64,000 nucleotides of DNA from the NCBI GenBank assembly GCA_963724765.1, contig CAVRVY010000001.1, forward strand, positions 192,001-256,000, read 5' to 3'. This document shows positions 51,091 through 62,561 of this stretch, piece by piece. The position numbers and the translations under genes were made by a program. The notes beneath the pieces are model-generated. The model did not search any database and was not told where the DNA came from. It was given only the letters and a program-made list of their open reading frames with translations. This DNA comes from an uncultured delta proteobacterium (GTDB lineage Bacteria > Desulfobacterota > Binatia > Binatales > Binataceae). Numbering within the stretch: position 1 is the stretch's first letter; each line of letters opens with the position of its first letter.

Positions 51091-52593
51091 TTACAGGCCG
51101 TATTCTTTGATCTTTGTGTAGAGCTTTTTTCGGGAGATCCCCAGCAGCTTGGCAGTCTGGACCTTGTTACGGTTTGTCGTCTCCAACGCTCGCCGAATCA
51201 CATCGCGCTCGGCCTCGGCAAAACTACCCGCGCGAGCGGCTCGGGTGGCGGCGGTTCGGGCGCTAATCTCGGGCTCGCCTCGAATCGGCGCTGGCAGATC
51301 CGCAAGCCGGATCTTGTCGTAACGCCCAAAGGTAAACCCCGTCTCGATGGCGTTGGCAAGTTCTCGAACATTTCCGGGCCACTCATAGCGGCGCATCGCT
51401 TCAAGTGCTCGCGCCTCGAGACCTGCGATTGGAGGTTCTCGGTTCAGTCTTTGGTTGAAGAGCTCGATGAAATGCTCTACCAGCAGTGGGACATCATCCA
51501 GCCGTTCGCGCAGCGGAGGAATTCGGAGCACGTTCGCCTGGAGGCGGTAGTAAAGGTCCTCGCGTAGTTGCCGAGCGCGAACGGCTTCTTCCGGGTCGCC
51601 ATTGGTTGAAGCGACGACGCGTAAATTCACAGAGATTTCCCGGCTCGACCCGACAGGCCGTACGGCGCGTTCCTGAAGCACGCGTAACAGTTTGCTTTGC
51701 GTCTCCGGAGCCATCTCTGTGATTTCATCCAGGAAGAGCGTACCTCCCGCGGCTGCGCGAAAGAGGCCCAGAAACTCCATAGTGGCGCCGGTAAAGGCCC
51801 CGCGCTTGTAGCCGAACAATTCGCTTTCGACGAGTTCTCGCGGAATCGCTGCACAGTTGAAAGGAATGAAAGGAGCCAACGGCGTCTCACCCACTTCGTG
51901 AATGGCGCGCGCCACTAGTTCCTTTCCCGTTCCGGTCTCCCCCACAATGAGAATCGTCCCTCGAGCGTGGCCAGCCATACTGATTCGCTCGTAGAGCTGC
52001 CGCATCACTTCAGTGCCACCAACCAATCCGTGAAAGTGCTGCCGTTCCTTCAGCGGCAAGCGCGCGGCTTCCCGCTCGAGGTCCTGTATTCGTGTCTTGA
52101 GCAGTGACGAACGCACCCGGAAGTAGGTGTCTGCCAGTACAATGCTCCGGATGTGGCTTAGTTTGTCGAACGCCAGGTAAACCGGCGGCAACGGGGGGAA
52201 TCCAGGAAGTGACCTCGCCACGCTCTCCTCGAACAAGTGCAGCGAAATCACAACCTCGAAATACGGGACTTCACGTTCGGCCAGTTTCTCGGCTTCGCGG
52301 CGAACGACGTCCACAAATCCCGCCATGTCTCTGTCCAGCAGAAACCGCATCGACTCGTCCAGCTCGTGACCGAATAGCTCGAAAAATTCGGCTTCTGAGA
52401 GCACCCGCGAATCGCCGAAATGTACTTCGTATTGCCTGTGCCAGTTACTCAGGATCTCATCCCGGCGCTTGGCTACGGCCTCCAGCACAGGACGTAGCTC
52501 CTCAAGCTCGCGATCCCACAGAATGCGGAAGTAGGGAGGACCCGATAGTCCCAGAGAGAGACGCGCCGAGTTGGCTTTAGTTTCTTTTGGCAC
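51091..52593 (-). CDS. Sigma-54-dependent Fis-family activator with helical N-terminal sensor
   Basis: GETGTGKE, ESELFG...GAFTGA, FLDEI, WPGNVREL, C-terminal Fis HTH. Confidence 0.92.
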   Translation of the reverse strand: MPKETKANSARLSLGLSGPPYFRILWDRELEELRPVLEAVAKRRDEILSNWHRQYEVHFGDSRVLSEAEFFELFGHELDESMRFLLDRDMAGFVDVVRREAEKLAEREVPYFEVVISLHLFEESVARSLPGFPPLPPVYLAFDKLSHIRSIVLADTYFRVRSSLLKTRIQDLEREAARLPLKERQHFHGLVGGTEVMRQLYERISMAGHARGTILIVGETGTGKELVARAIHEVGETPLAPFIPFNCAAIPRELVESELFGYKRGAFTGATMEFLGLFRAAAGGTLFLDEITEMAPETQSKLLRVLQERAVRPVGSSREISVNLRVVASTNGDPEEAVRARQLREDLYYRLQANVLRIPPLRERLDDVPLLVEHFIELFNQRLNREPPIAGLEARALEAMRRYEWPGNVRELANAIETGFTFGRYDKIRLADLPAPIRGEPEISARTAATRAARAGSFAEAERDVIRRALETTNRNKVQTAKLLGISRKKLYTKIKEYGL

Positions 52594-52720
52594 CGGTTTC
52601 AGCCTCGATGTCGGGTCTTGGCCTAAGTCGCGTCGTTTAGCTATGGACCCAGCACCGCCTGAATTGATGAGGGAAGACCTTTAATCGACCATCAAAGCCC
52701 ACAGACTGCACGTCCCAGCT

Positions 52721-52736
52721 TGGCATGATTCCAGCT
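52721..52736 (+). promoter_or_regulatory. Sigma-54 promoter-like site
   Basis: TGGCAT-GATTC-CAGCT with correct GG/GC spacing, divergent from the activator gene. Confidence 0.35.
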
Positions 52737-53053
52737 ATTCAAACCGACGTTGCCAAGCTTAACGACGTAGAAAAAATGGATAGACTCCATTCAGGCATGG
52801 TCATCGCCGCGCAAGCTCGATTGTCGGAGACCGACGCGAAGAATTCCGCTTCTTCTGTAGCACCGGGCACATTCTCGGTCTATCAGCGGTGGGGTTGCCA
52901 CAGAGCTAAACGCCGCGAACATCACTGCGACCGATCGGAATGCTGAAGCCGTGCACATGATGATGCCCGCGCCCAAGCAGCTCGCGGGTCCCTGCGTACC
53001 GACTGAGGGAAACACGTAGCCACGCGGCGTCGGCCCCGCAAGGGCCAGCGTTT

Positions 53054-53449
53054 ATGGCGCAGACCTTTCCACATTTTCTTGTGGTCTCGGGCGACGAAAC
53101 ATTGAAGCTCATGGCTTCTCAAGTTGGCGGCGAGCGTTACCGCGTTCAGTTCTGTATCAATCCCTACTCTGCGCTCAAGCTATCATCAGCATCTAGGCTT
53201 AAAGCCATGTTAATAGACGATACTACGCTCGTCGGATCGGAACGAAATACCCTTCTAATCCGATTGCGACAGTGGGCCCCGCGCGCGTTTCTAATCTATG
53301 TCGCCCAGCAACAAAGCCCTGAAATCGAGCGGCAAGCCCGGGCCTGTGGTGTCCACTACTACACGGCCAAGCCCATTGAACGAGAGCGGCTCTCCAAGGT
53401 CTTGAAAGCGTTTCTGGAATTCAAAGGGCCCCGTGGGCTCTTGCCTTAG
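53054..53449 (+). CDS. Single-domain, atypical response regulator receiver
   Basis: FLVVSGD, MLIDD, ARACGVHYYTAKPI. Confidence 0.7.
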   Translation: MAQTFPHFLVVSGDETLKLMASQVGGERYRVQFCINPYSALKLSSASRLKAMLIDDTTLVGSERNTLLIRLRQWAPRAFLIYVAQQQSPEIERQARACGVHYYTAKPIERERLSKVLKAFLEFKGPRGLLP

Positions 53450-53739
53450 ATGGTAGGACCGGCTTAACCCGTTGTCTTGCGCATTTGGTCCCTTGTGTGT
53501 CGGCTGGCAACGGCTGCCACCCTCGAGCTGACATCAGGGGACCTCGCGTCTCGCCTCCGCCATGCTCTCGGTAGAGACAGCCCGACAGGTCCGACTTAGG
53601 CCCCTCTTAGACACTAAGAGCCATCCGCAATTTCGAGTCGGATACTCCACCATTGCCGATCGGGACCAACGTGATGTTGCCAATGGAGTCACTACGGAAC
53701 GCCACGTCGCTTTTCTCGTTGTCGGATGGGCCTGTGAAT

Positions 53740-53755
53740 TGGCACGCTCGATGCT
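53740..53755 (+). promoter_or_regulatory. Sigma-54 promoter-like site
   Basis: TGGCAC-GCTCG-ATGCT, 30 nt before the ATG at 53785. Confidence 0.55.
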
Positions 53756-53784
53756 CCATCTGTTGATCAAACGCGAGGGAGCCA

Positions 53785-53935
53785 ATGGGCCAAAAGACGC
53801 TTTTTCGAAAAGTCGCCGAGCGTATGCGATGTGACGAGCGTTGGGCCGAGTCGCTCACTTTCGCAGTGTTCCAGGAGCTTCGGGACCGACTCACGCCGGG
53901 CGAGGCGGCGGATGTCGACGCACAACTGGCCGGCC
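53785..53935 (+). pseudogene. DUF2267-family protein, truncated
   Basis: FRKVAER...AVFQELRDRLTPGEAADVDAQL, then similarity is lost. Confidence 0.65.
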
Positions 53936-54130
53936 GGACTCAAGATGCGTATCTACAAAAAGATGACCGGGCTGCCGATCTCCAAAACGAGGATGCGGGG
54001 GGGGGACACTCACAGCTACCCAGGATTTCAAAATGGAAATCGCGGTTGAGATCAAACATTGTAAAGTATCGTTGGAGACACGACACTACATGGCGGGTTC
54101 TCGCCAATACTCAGTCGTAAGGAGGTTCTT

Positions 54131-54577
54131 ATGGCACTGCTGAGATTTTCACCCGATCTCGATCCGGTGAGTAATCTGCTCACATTGCAGACCGAATTGG
54201 AGCGTTTCCTGCGCAATCCCGCAATCAGGCTCGGCGTGTCGGGACCCGGCGATTTTCCGCCCTTGAACGTATTCGACGACGGGGAGGGAGTCGTCGTGAT
54301 GGCCGAGATACCCGGGATGGATCCAGAAAGCCTCAACGTCTCCGGACAGAGTCACACCCTGACAATCAAGGGTGAGCGCAAGCGCGAGACGGTCGGTGAC
54401 GCCACAGGGTACCACCGGCGCGAACGACCGTTCGGTGAGTTCTCGCGCTCCGTCCAACTCCCCGATGAACTCGATCTTGACAAGGCGGCCGCCAGATACG
54501 AGGCCGGGATGCTGACGGTCAGGGTGCCCAAGGCGGAGTCGGCAAAGCCGCGTCAGATCGCGGTGAACCCGGCTTAA
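54131..54577 (+). CDS. Hsp20/alpha-crystallin protein
   Basis: FPPLNV, AEIPG, YHRRER..GEFSRS, YEAGMLTV. Confidence 0.92.
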   Translation: MALLRFSPDLDPVSNLLTLQTELERFLRNPAIRLGVSGPGDFPPLNVFDDGEGVVVMAEIPGMDPESLNVSGQSHTLTIKGERKRETVGDATGYHRRERPFGEFSRSVQLPDELDLDKAAARYEAGMLTVRVPKAESAKPRQIAVNPA

Positions 54578-54626
54578 GACCATGAGGGCGAAGGATTCAA
54601 GGCGCCCTTAAAGGAGGAAACGGACA

Positions 54627-55025
54627 ATGACCGAACAGGAGATTGCCGCGAAGGAAAAGCAGCAGGTACCGGGCCAGGAGAAGACTCGCGCGGGCCGGTT
54701 CTTTCTGCCCGGCGTCGATATCTATGAGTTCGGCGATTCGATCAAGCTTTGGGTCGATATGCCGGGAGTGAAGGAGAGCGACGTCGAGGTAACGCTCAAG
54801 GAGGGGGTTCTTACTATCACTGGTACCGTGTCGACCGAGGCTTATGAGAAGCTGTCGCCGCTATACACTGAGTACAACGTCGGAAACTACTTCAGGCAGT
54901 TCGAATTGAACGAGGATGTGGACGACAAGCATATCGGGGCCTTGATGAGGAACGGAGTGCTCGAGCTAACGCTTCCCAAGGGCGAGCGTGCGCAGGCTCG
55001 CCGGATCGAGATCAAGGCGGGCTGA
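54627..55025 (+). CDS. Hsp20/alpha-crystallin protein
   Basis: PGVDIYE, DMPGV, NGVLELTLPK. Confidence 0.92.
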   Translation: MTEQEIAAKEKQQVPGQEKTRAGRFFLPGVDIYEFGDSIKLWVDMPGVKESDVEVTLKEGVLTITGTVSTEAYEKLSPLYTEYNVGNYFRQFELNEDVDDKHIGALMRNGVLELTLPKGERAQARRIEIKAG

Positions 55026-55049
55026 CGTCGAACGGAGGAATTTCGAGTG

Positions 55050-55730
55050 ATGGCGTGGAAGGACCCGTATGCCATCCTCGGCGTCGGGCGTGGCGCGCCG
55101 CTTTCAGAGATCAAGCGCGCCTACCGGAAGCTCGCTTTCAGCGCGCATCCCGACGTTGGCGACAATCCGGATGCGCAGCGCTTTCGGGAGGTCCACGAGG
55201 CCTACGAAACCCTGAGCGAGATGGAGCAACGGTGCCCGCGCAGAATCAAGGTCGTGCGGGCACCGGACCGCTCTGGCCACGCGGGGACGATGTACGCGGC
55301 GCCGCAAGGACGTCCCGAGCCGATTCGGCGGAGACCTCCTGTCGACGTAATCGGCGACTTCGGGACCGTAAGTCCGTCGGTCGGCGAGATCCTTGACCAT
55401 ATTGCGCAGAACTTCTTCGGTTTCCATCAAAAGAGCCATGGGTCGTGCCAGCGTCTGGGCGTCGAGATTGTGCTCGACACGCGCGAGGCTTTCTTCGGCG
55501 TTTCTATGCCGATCGAGGTGCCCGTATACGTGCGATGCGGCCGATGCGGGGGCGGTGGCGGGGAGTGGGCCGTGTGTCCGCTATGTCATGGATATGGGAT
55601 GATGGAGACCACTCATAGCATAAGGCTCGAGATTCCGCCCGAGGCCCGAAGTGGCGACAGCTATCAGATCGATCTGAGGAGGGCGGGAATCGAGAACCTG
55701 CTGCTCGACGTGACGATTGTCGTTGCGTGA
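55050..55730 (+). CDS. DnaJ-domain protein with short zinc-binding segment
   Basis: DPYAILGV...IKRAYRKLA..HPD; CGRCGG...CPLCHGYG. Confidence 0.85.
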   Translation: MAWKDPYAILGVGRGAPLSEIKRAYRKLAFSAHPDVGDNPDAQRFREVHEAYETLSEMEQRCPRRIKVVRAPDRSGHAGTMYAAPQGRPEPIRRRPPVDVIGDFGTVSPSVGEILDHIAQNFFGFHQKSHGSCQRLGVEIVLDTREAFFGVSMPIEVPVYVRCGRCGGGGGEWAVCPLCHGYGMMETTHSIRLEIPPEARSGDSYQIDLRRAGIENLLLDVTIVVA

Positions 55731-55924
55731 GAAAGCGCCGTGCGGCTACCGCGAGGCGCGGCATCGGAGCCACGCGCATGACTCCTTACTTTCCAATATT
55801 GCGAGTCCGCTTAGCCATCCTCCGCCAGAGCCTCTACGTTAAGGTTGCATCGCAGTCCAAACGCCGGCGTCAATGGCAAAAAGGCTTTTATCGAAATTGC
55901 CTGACCCGCAGATAGGAGGACGCT

Positions 55925-56410
55925 ATGGCTTTTTTACGACCATGGGCTCCGCTTCGTGAGATGGAGGAATTCCGGCATACCGTCGATGAGATGCTGGAAC
56001 ACCTCAGAGGCAAGATCGGGTACCCGCTTGGAGGCGGGTCAGCCGCTCTGAAGCCGCCGATCGAGTCCTTTGTGGAAGAGGGAAGGCTGACGGTGCGCGT
56101 CGAGCTGCCCGGCCTCGACCCCAAGGACATCACGGTGAACGTGGTGGGCGACATGCTGACGATCCGCGCCTCGCGTCAGGAGGAGCACGAAACCAAGAAT
56201 CGCGATTTCCTTCATCGCGAGTTCAGATATGGTGCCATCGAACGCTTGATGACCCTACCCGAGGGCGTAAAGGCCGAAGACATCAAGGCAAGCTTCAGCA
56301 ATGGTTTGCTCCAGCTCACCATCCCAATGCCTGAGGAGACCGCGCCCAAGGAAGTGAAGGTTCACGTCGAGCACGCCCAATCGAAACCTGAGGGTGAGAA
56401 AACGGCCTGA
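55925..56410 (+). CDS. Hsp20/alpha-crystallin protein
   Basis: VELPGLDP, REFRYG.IER, FSNGLLQLTIP. Confidence 0.92.
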   Translation: MAFLRPWAPLREMEEFRHTVDEMLEHLRGKIGYPLGGGSAALKPPIESFVEEGRLTVRVELPGLDPKDITVNVVGDMLTIRASRQEEHETKNRDFLHREFRYGAIERLMTLPEGVKAEDIKASFSNGLLQLTIPMPEETAPKEVKVHVEHAQSKPEGEKTA

Positions 56411-56465
56411 ACTCGCAATATCTGAAGCACTCCCGGCCGGCTCGGCATCAAACATGGATGACCTC

Positions 56466-57476
56466 TCAACTGCTGGTGCCGCGCAACGAGTAGGAACTCA
56501 GAACGCGGGCGTAGTTGGAGCGCTGGAAGGCCGCCGGGTTGGGCACATTGCGCTGACTCATGCTGCCACACATCTGGCGAATGGCTTCGTACTCGTGCTC
56601 CTCCATCCATCTCAGGAGATCGCGCAAGACGGCGTCGAGATGATGGACGCCGTTGCTGAGCAGTGCCGAGGTCATCATCGTGACGCGCGCCCCAGCCATC
56701 ATGCCCTTCAGCACGTCTTGAGCGCTATGAACGCCGCCTGTGATCGCCAGGTCGGCGTCAACACGTCCGAAGATGATCGCGACCCAATGCAGCCTCAGCA
56801 GCAATTCCTCGGGGCGGCTCAGAGTCAGGCTGGGCGTGACTTCGAGCAGTTCGAGATCCAAATCCGGCTGATAGAAGCGATTGAACAGCACCAGCGCATT
56901 CGCGCCGGCGCAATCGAGTTGTTTCGCCATGTTTGGATGAGCACTGAAGAATGGGGAGAGCTTCACCGCGACGGGAATCCGTACACTTTGTTTTACCCCC
57001 CGAACCAGCTCGACGTATGCCCGCTCGACGTGGCCGGCGGTGAGTTCCGGGTCGGTCACAATCGAATAGAGGTTCAACTCGATGGCGTCGGCGCCCGCTT
57101 GTTCTATCTCGCGTGCATAGCGGATCCAACCGCCGGCTGAGACGCCATTGAGGCTGCCGATGACGGGAATCGAAACGCTCACCTTGGCCTTGCGAATCAG
57201 CTCCAGATAGCCATCGGGACCGAGGTTGTACGTCGTCAGGTCGGGAAAGTAGTTCAGCGACTCCGCGAAACTTTCAGCGCCGCGAAAGAGATCCGCGTCA
57301 AGCATCTCACTTTCCAACGTGAGCTGCTCTTCGAAGAGGGATGGCAATACGACGGCGGCGATTCCGTGATCTTCGAGATGCCGAATCTTGTCGAGTGAAT
57401 CGCACAGCGGCGACGCTGACGCAACGATGGGATTCCTCAAGGCGAGGCCCAGATACGTCGTCGTGAGGTCGATCAT
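56466..57476 (-). CDS. Dihydroorotate dehydrogenase-like FMN protein (PFOR-associated)
   Basis: [44 protein letters not shown]; ATGA overlap with PFOR. Confidence 0.88.
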   Translation of the reverse strand: MIDLTTTYLGLALRNPIVASASPLCDSLDKIRHLEDHGIAAVVLPSLFEEQLTLESEMLDADLFRGAESFAESLNYFPDLTTYNLGPDGYLELIRKAKVSVSIPVIGSLNGVSAGGWIRYAREIEQAGADAIELNLYSIVTDPELTAGHVERAYVELVRGVKQSVRIPVAVKLSPFFSAHPNMAKQLDCAGANALVLFNRFYQPDLDLELLEVTPSLTLSRPEELLLRLHWVAIIFGRVDADLAITGGVHSAQDVLKGMMAGARVTMMTSALLSNGVHHLDAVLRDLLRWMEEHEYEAIRQMCGSMSQRNVPNPAAFQRSNYARVLSSYSLRGTSS

Positions 57477-60400
57477 TGCCTGCCCCCTTTTGCCAGCTTG
57501 CCCGAGGCAGTCTCCGATTCGGTGGCAGATTGCGAGGACGGGATTGCCGCGCCGGTCATAGCGGCACGATTTGCGTATACGCGCCACTGGCGAGCGACGT
57601 CGTCCTGCGCCATCTGGAGCAACTCGCGCGCAGCTTCGGGATTGCTGCGCGCGAGCATCGTGTAGCGCGCTTCCTGATAGGCGTACTGCTTGAGCGGGAT
57701 GCTGGGCGCCTTCGAGTCGAGCTGAAAAGGGTTCTTGCCTTCTTTTCGCAGCGCCGGGTTGTAGCGCATAAGCGGCCAGTAGCCGGAGAGCATCGCGTTC
57801 TTCTGCTGGTTCAGGCCGAAGGCCATGTCGTAGCCGTGCGCGATGCAATGGCTATACGCGATGATCAGCGAGGCGCCGTCGTACGCTTCAGCCTCGAGCA
57901 AAGCCCGGACGGTGTGCGTATCGTTGCCGCCCATCGCCACGCGCGCGACGTAAACCGAGCCGTAGCTGATGGCCTCCATCGCGAGGTCCTTCTTGGCGGT
58001 CTGTTTGCCACCGGCGGCAAACTTCGCAACCGCGCCGCGCGGCGTGGATTTGGACATTTGCCCGCCCGTGTTCGAGTACACTTCAGTATCCAGCACCATC
58101 ACGTTCACGTTCATTCCGGAGGCGAGCACATGATCGAGTCCGCCAAACCCGATGTCATAGGCCCATCCGTCGCCGCCCACGAGCCAAACGCTCTTGCGCA
58201 CCAGCGCATCGGCAACCGCCATCAGGTCGCGCGCGTCGTTGGTTTCGAGACCTGCAATAACCCGCTTGACCTCGGCGACCCGCTGGCGCTGCGCCGCGAT
58301 GCCTGCCTCAGTCGATTGATCAGCTTCCAGGATCTCCGAGACGAGGCGCCCGCCGAGCTGACTGGAAAGACGCCGGATCAGCTCCCGCGCGTAGTCAAAC
58401 CGCTTGTCGAGCGCAAGCCTCATCCCGAGCCCGAACTCGGCATTGTCTTCGAACAAGGAATTTGACCACGCCGGCCCCCGGCCTTCGGCGTTCGAGGTGT
58501 AAGGCGTGGTCGGCAAATTGCCACCATATATAGAGGAGCATCCGGTCGCGTTCGCGATCAGCAACCGATCGCCGAAGAGTTGGGTGAGCAGTTTGATGTA
58601 GGGCGTCTCGCCGCATCCAGCGCACGCTCCGGAAAATTCGAACAGCGGTTCGAGCAGTTGCGCATCTTTGACTTGCGCGTGCACGAGACTGTCTCGATTG
58701 AACTCCGGCAGCGACAGGAAAAACTCCCAGTTCCTCGCCTCCGCGTCGCGAATTGGAGGCTGAGGCGACATGTTGATCGCCTTGTGCTGCACCTCGCTCT
58801 TGCTTTTGGCCGGGCACACTTCGACGCACAGGCGGCATCCGGTGCAGTCCTCGGGCGCCACTTGCAGCGTGTAACGCATCGCCTCGAGGCCGCGCCAGCG
58901 GGGCATCGCTGACTTGAAGGTCGCAGGCGCATCGTCGAGGTGACTGGGCCCGTATACCTTCGCGCGAATCACCGCATGGGGGCAGACCAGCACGCACTTC
59001 CCGCACTGGATGCACAGGTCTTGATCCCAGACCGGGATCTCCTGCGCGATGTTGAGCTTTTCCCATTTCGCCGTGCCGGTGGGAAAGGTGCCGTCGGGCG
59101 GCAGCGCGCTGGTGGGAACCGAATCACCGTAGCCGGCGATGAGAGCGCCGAGGACATCGCGAACGAAGGCCGGCGCGTGCGAGGGCACCGGAGCGAGAAT
59201 ATCGATCGCGCTGCTCGCCGTCGCCGGTATGGTGACCTCGTGCAGATGCGCAAGTGTAGTATCCACAGCGGCGAAGTTCCGTTGCACGATCGCTTCGCCA
59301 CGCTTACCGTATGTTTCCTGGATCGCCGATTTGATCGCCGCGATCGCCGCATCCGGCGGCAACACGCCGCTCACGGCAAAAAAGCACGTCTGCATGATCG
59401 TATTGATGCGGCCGCCCATGCCGGCCTGGCGCGCCACCTTGTACGCATCGATGACGAAGAAGCGAAGCTCCTTGTCGAGGATCTGCTGCTGCACCTTGCG
59501 CGGCAGATGGTTCCACACCTCGTCGGGCGCGTATGGCGCATTGAGAAGGAACGTCGCTCCCTGATCCGCCGCCGCGAGCACGTCCATCCGCTCGAGGAAG
59601 GCGAACTGATGGCATCCGATGAAGCTCGCCTTGCTGATCAGGTATGTCGAACGGATCGGGTCCGGCCCGAAGCGCAGATGCGACACCGTGACCGAGCCCG
59701 CCTTCTTCGAATCGTAGACGAAGTAACCCTGCGCGTAGCTGGGCGTGTTCTCGCCGATGATCACGATCGAGTTCTTGTTCGCACCCACGGTGCCGTCCGA
59801 TCCAAATCCATAGAAGAGCGCGCGCACAGTCAGTGGACTTTCAGTCGAAAACGCGGGGTCGAATGCGAGGCTGGAATGAGTCACGTCGTCGTGAATCCCC
59901 ACGGTGAAGTGATTCTTGGGAGTCTCCTTCCGGAGTTCATCGAAGACCGCCTTCACCATCGCGGGTGTGAATTCCTTTGATGACAGGCCGTATCGTCCTC
60001 CGATGATTCGCGGCCACCCACCATCGATGGTGCCTGCCGCCCACGCCTCGCTGAGCGCCGTCACGACATCGAGATAGAGCGGCTCGCCGCTGCCGCCGGG
60101 CTCCTTGGTGCGGTCCAGCACCGCTATCGCACGCGTCGTTCCTGGCAAAGCTGCCGCGAAAGCGGCGCTGTCGAACGGCCGAAACAATCGCACCTTGAGC
60201 AGGCCGACCTTTTCTCCCCCGGCGATGAGGCGTTCGATCGTCTCCTCGGCAGCGCCGGCGCCCGAGCCCATCAAGATGATGACCCGTTCCGCTCCGGGAT
60301 CCCCGACATAATCAAACAGTCGATATGCGCGGCCGGTCCGACGCGCGAAGCGATCCATGAGGTCCTGAACAATTGTCGGACATGCGCGATAGAAGGGATT

Positions 60401-61084
60401 AATGGCCTCGCGCGCCTGAAAAAAGACATCCGGGTTCTGCGCCGTCCCGCGCAGCATCGGTCGATCTGGACTGAGCGCGCGATCGCGATGCTGCCGGACG
60501 AACTTCGCATCGATGAGCGCACGCAGATCGTCGTCTGAGAGGGGATGGATCTTGTTGAGCTCATGCGAAGTGCGGAAGCCGTCGAAAAAATGCAGAAACG
60601 GGATCCGCGATTCGAGCGAAGCGGCATGCGCAATCAGGGCGAAGTCGTGTGCTTCCTGAACGGAATTGGAGGACAGCAAGCCGAAGCCAGTCGCGCGTGC
60701 CGCCATGACATCGCTGTGGTCGCCGAATATCGAAAGAGCGTGCGTCGCGATAGTCCGTGCCGCGACGTGGATGACGCACACGGTAAGCTCACCCGCGATT
60801 TTGTACATGTTGGGGATCATCAGAAGAAGGCCTTGCGAGGCGGTGAAAGTCGTGCCAAGGGCTCCCGCCTGCAATGCACCATGTAGCGCGCCGGCGGCTC
60901 CGCCTTCGCTCTGCATTTCGACCACCTTAGGCACGGTGCCGAAGATGTTCCTGCGAGCCTCATCGCTCCATTGATCGGCCCATTCACCCATCGGCGACGA
61001 CGGCGTGATGGGGTAGATCGCGATCACTTCACTCAAGCGGTAGGCAACAGATGCCGCTGCTTCGTTCCCGTCAAGGATTTCCAT
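57473..61084 (-). CDS. nifJ: Pyruvate:ferredoxin (flavodoxin) oxidoreductase
   Basis: [49 protein letters not shown]. Confidence 0.96.
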   Translation of the reverse strand: MEILDGNEAAASVAYRLSEVIAIYPITPSSPMGEWADQWSDEARRNIFGTVPKVVEMQSEGGAAGALHGALQAGALGTTFTASQGLLLMIPNMYKIAGELTVCVIHVAARTIATHALSIFGDHSDVMAARATGFGLLSSNSVQEAHDFALIAHAASLESRIPFLHFFDGFRTSHELNKIHPLSDDDLRALIDAKFVRQHRDRALSPDRPMLRGTAQNPDVFFQAREAINPFYRACPTIVQDLMDRFARRTGRAYRLFDYVGDPGAERVIILMGSGAGAAEETIERLIAGGEKVGLLKVRLFRPFDSAAFAAALPGTTRAIAVLDRTKEPGGSGEPLYLDVVTALSEAWAAGTIDGGWPRIIGGRYGLSSKEFTPAMVKAVFDELRKETPKNHFTVGIHDDVTHSSLAFDPAFSTESPLTVRALFYGFGSDGTVGANKNSIVIIGENTPSYAQGYFVYDSKKAGSVTVSHLRFGPDPIRSTYLISKASFIGCHQFAFLERMDVLAAADQGATFLLNAPYAPDEVWNHLPRKVQQQILDKELRFFVIDAYKVARQAGMGGRINTIMQTCFFAVSGVLPPDAAIAAIKSAIQETYGKRGEAIVQRNFAAVDTTLAHLHEVTIPATASSAIDILAPVPSHAPAFVRDVLGALIAGYGDSVPTSALPPDGTFPTGTAKWEKLNIAQEIPVWDQDLCIQCGKCVLVCPHAVIRAKVYGPSHLDDAPATFKSAMPRWRGLEAMRYTLQVAPEDCTGCRLCVEVCPAKSKSEVQHKAINMSPQPPIRDAEARNWEFFLSLPEFNRDSLVHAQVKDAQLLEPLFEFSGACAGCGETPYIKLLTQLFGDRLLIANATGCSSIYGGNLPTTPYTSNAEGRGPAWSNSLFEDNAEFGLGMRLALDKRFDYARELIRRLSSQLGGRLVSEILEADQSTEAGIAAQRQRVAEVKRVIAGLETNDARDLMAVADALVRKSVWLVGGDGWAYDIGFGGLDHVLASGMNVNVMVLDTEVYSNTGGQMSKSTPRGAVAKFAAGGKQTAKKDLAMEAISYGSVYVARVAMGGNDTHTVRALLEAEAYDGASLIIAYSHCIAHGYDMAFGLNQQKNAMLSGYWPLMRYNPALRKEGKNPFQLDSKAPSIPLKQYAYQEARYTMLARSNPEAARELLQMAQDDVARQWRVYANRAAMTGAAIPSSQSATESETASGKLAKGGRQ

Positions 61085-61578
61085 TTTGGCCCTTACCAGG
61101 AGCCGTTTGGCTTTTCCTAGGTTCGTGTAGGAGTACTGCTAGCTGCGCTGAGGAAGCCCTCAAGTAATATCCCTAGCATTTGCTCACGTCTCTTCGGCCT
61201 CCGCGACGTCGCCCCTTACTTAATCCAGCAAGAAGGAAGCCATCGGGATTGAGTGCTTGCCGTCCGTTTGGCTCCGCCGAGGACGGAACTTCATTACTTC
61301 GCTTCTCCCCAATTCAACCCAGGCGGGCACGCGGGCGTCGATTTCGGCCAGAAAGACGCTGGCTTCCCGGCCGCGCGAGTTTTCTTGTGTATCCAAAGGA
61401 ATCATTTTCTTGGTGTTGTGTGTCCGCAGGAATCATCTGCAACTCTGCCATTAGAGTAAACGAAGCAGAGTAATGGCAGAAACTAAACCGTTCGTCCAAA
61501 GACAAGAGAGGGAAAACCTTTGGTTCAAACGCGAATTATTTGGCCTCTATCGAAGTCTTTCGCCCGGTCTTTTCGCCT

Positions 61579-61594
61579 CGGCACGATTTTGGCT
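61579..61594 (+). promoter_or_regulatory. Weak sigma-54 promoter-like site upstream of cox genes
   Basis: CGGCAC-GATTT-TGGCT with correct GG/GC spacing. Confidence 0.3.
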
Positions 61595-61817
61595 GTGTCG
61601 CGACGCAGGCAACAGAAGAGTTCAGCGTGGGTAGCGACTGGTTACTTGTGGTCGAGGGCAGGAGCAATGCAGTTTCTCCCGGTCGACCTGGCGAACACCA
61701 TTCGGCCAGCCGAGTTGTCGCCGCAGATCTGGCAACGCGTAAGTTGGGATCGGGAATGAGGATTATATAGCGACCAGAACAGCGTTACCCGGATCCTTCG
61801 CGTGACGCTGAACGGGG

Positions 61818-62558
61818 GTGAACTCAGTGATTCTTGGGTGGCTCCCAGAAGACATTTCGACGTTCGGTCCGAACATCGATTCAATCCTCAAGCTGATCAT
61901 TTACGTGGTCGGCGTCGCATTCGTCTTGGCCGAGGGTACACTTTTGGCGTTCGTCATCTTGTACCGTCGCCGCGAGGGCGGACGCGCATCGTTTGTGCCT
62001 GGCGAATCGCTGCACGAGCTCGCATGGGTGCTGATCCCAGTCGTCATCGTCATCTTCTTCGATGTGGCGATCGACGTTCGGGCAAAGCCGGTCTGGGATC
62101 TGGTCAAGGAGCAAAGCCCTCCTCCGGGGCTGACTGTAAAGTTGGATGCGTTCCAGTTCGGATGGGAGTTCACGTATCCGGGCCCCGACGGCCAGTTCGG
62201 CACGCACGACTTGGTCCAAACAACGACTTTGACCGTTCCCACGGGCCAGGTGATTCGGTTGCTCATGACGTCGAAGGACGCGATCCACAGTTTCTACGTG
62301 CCGCAGTTACGGCTTAAACAGGACATCGTTCCCGGTCGGCAGATCCCTGCATGGTTCGAGGTAACGCGTCCCGGCAAATACGAAATCGCATGCTCCCAGC
62401 TTTGCGGGATCTCGCACTTCGCGATGAAGGGTATCCTGCGCGTTCTGACGCCCGCGGAGTATCAGCAATGGGTTAGCCAGCACTGGCCCAAGTCCGGCGC
62501 TGGGGCAGGTAAGAGCGCATCAAGTGCGCGATCATCCGCGAGCGGAACGGAGGGATAG
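61818..62558 (+). CDS. coxB: Cytochrome c oxidase subunit II
   Basis: QFGWEFTY, DAIHSF, CuA motif CSQLCGISHFAM. Confidence 0.92.
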   Translation: MNSVILGWLPEDISTFGPNIDSILKLIIYVVGVAFVLAEGTLLAFVILYRRREGGRASFVPGESLHELAWVLIPVVIVIFFDVAIDVRAKPVWDLVKEQSPPPGLTVKLDAFQFGWEFTYPGPDGQFGTHDLVQTTTLTVPTGQVIRLLMTSKDAIHSFYVPQLRLKQDIVPGRQIPAWFEVTRPGKYEIACSQLCGISHFAMKGILRVLTPAEYQQWVSQHWPKSGAGAGKSASSARSSASGTEG

Positions 62559-62561
62559 GCC

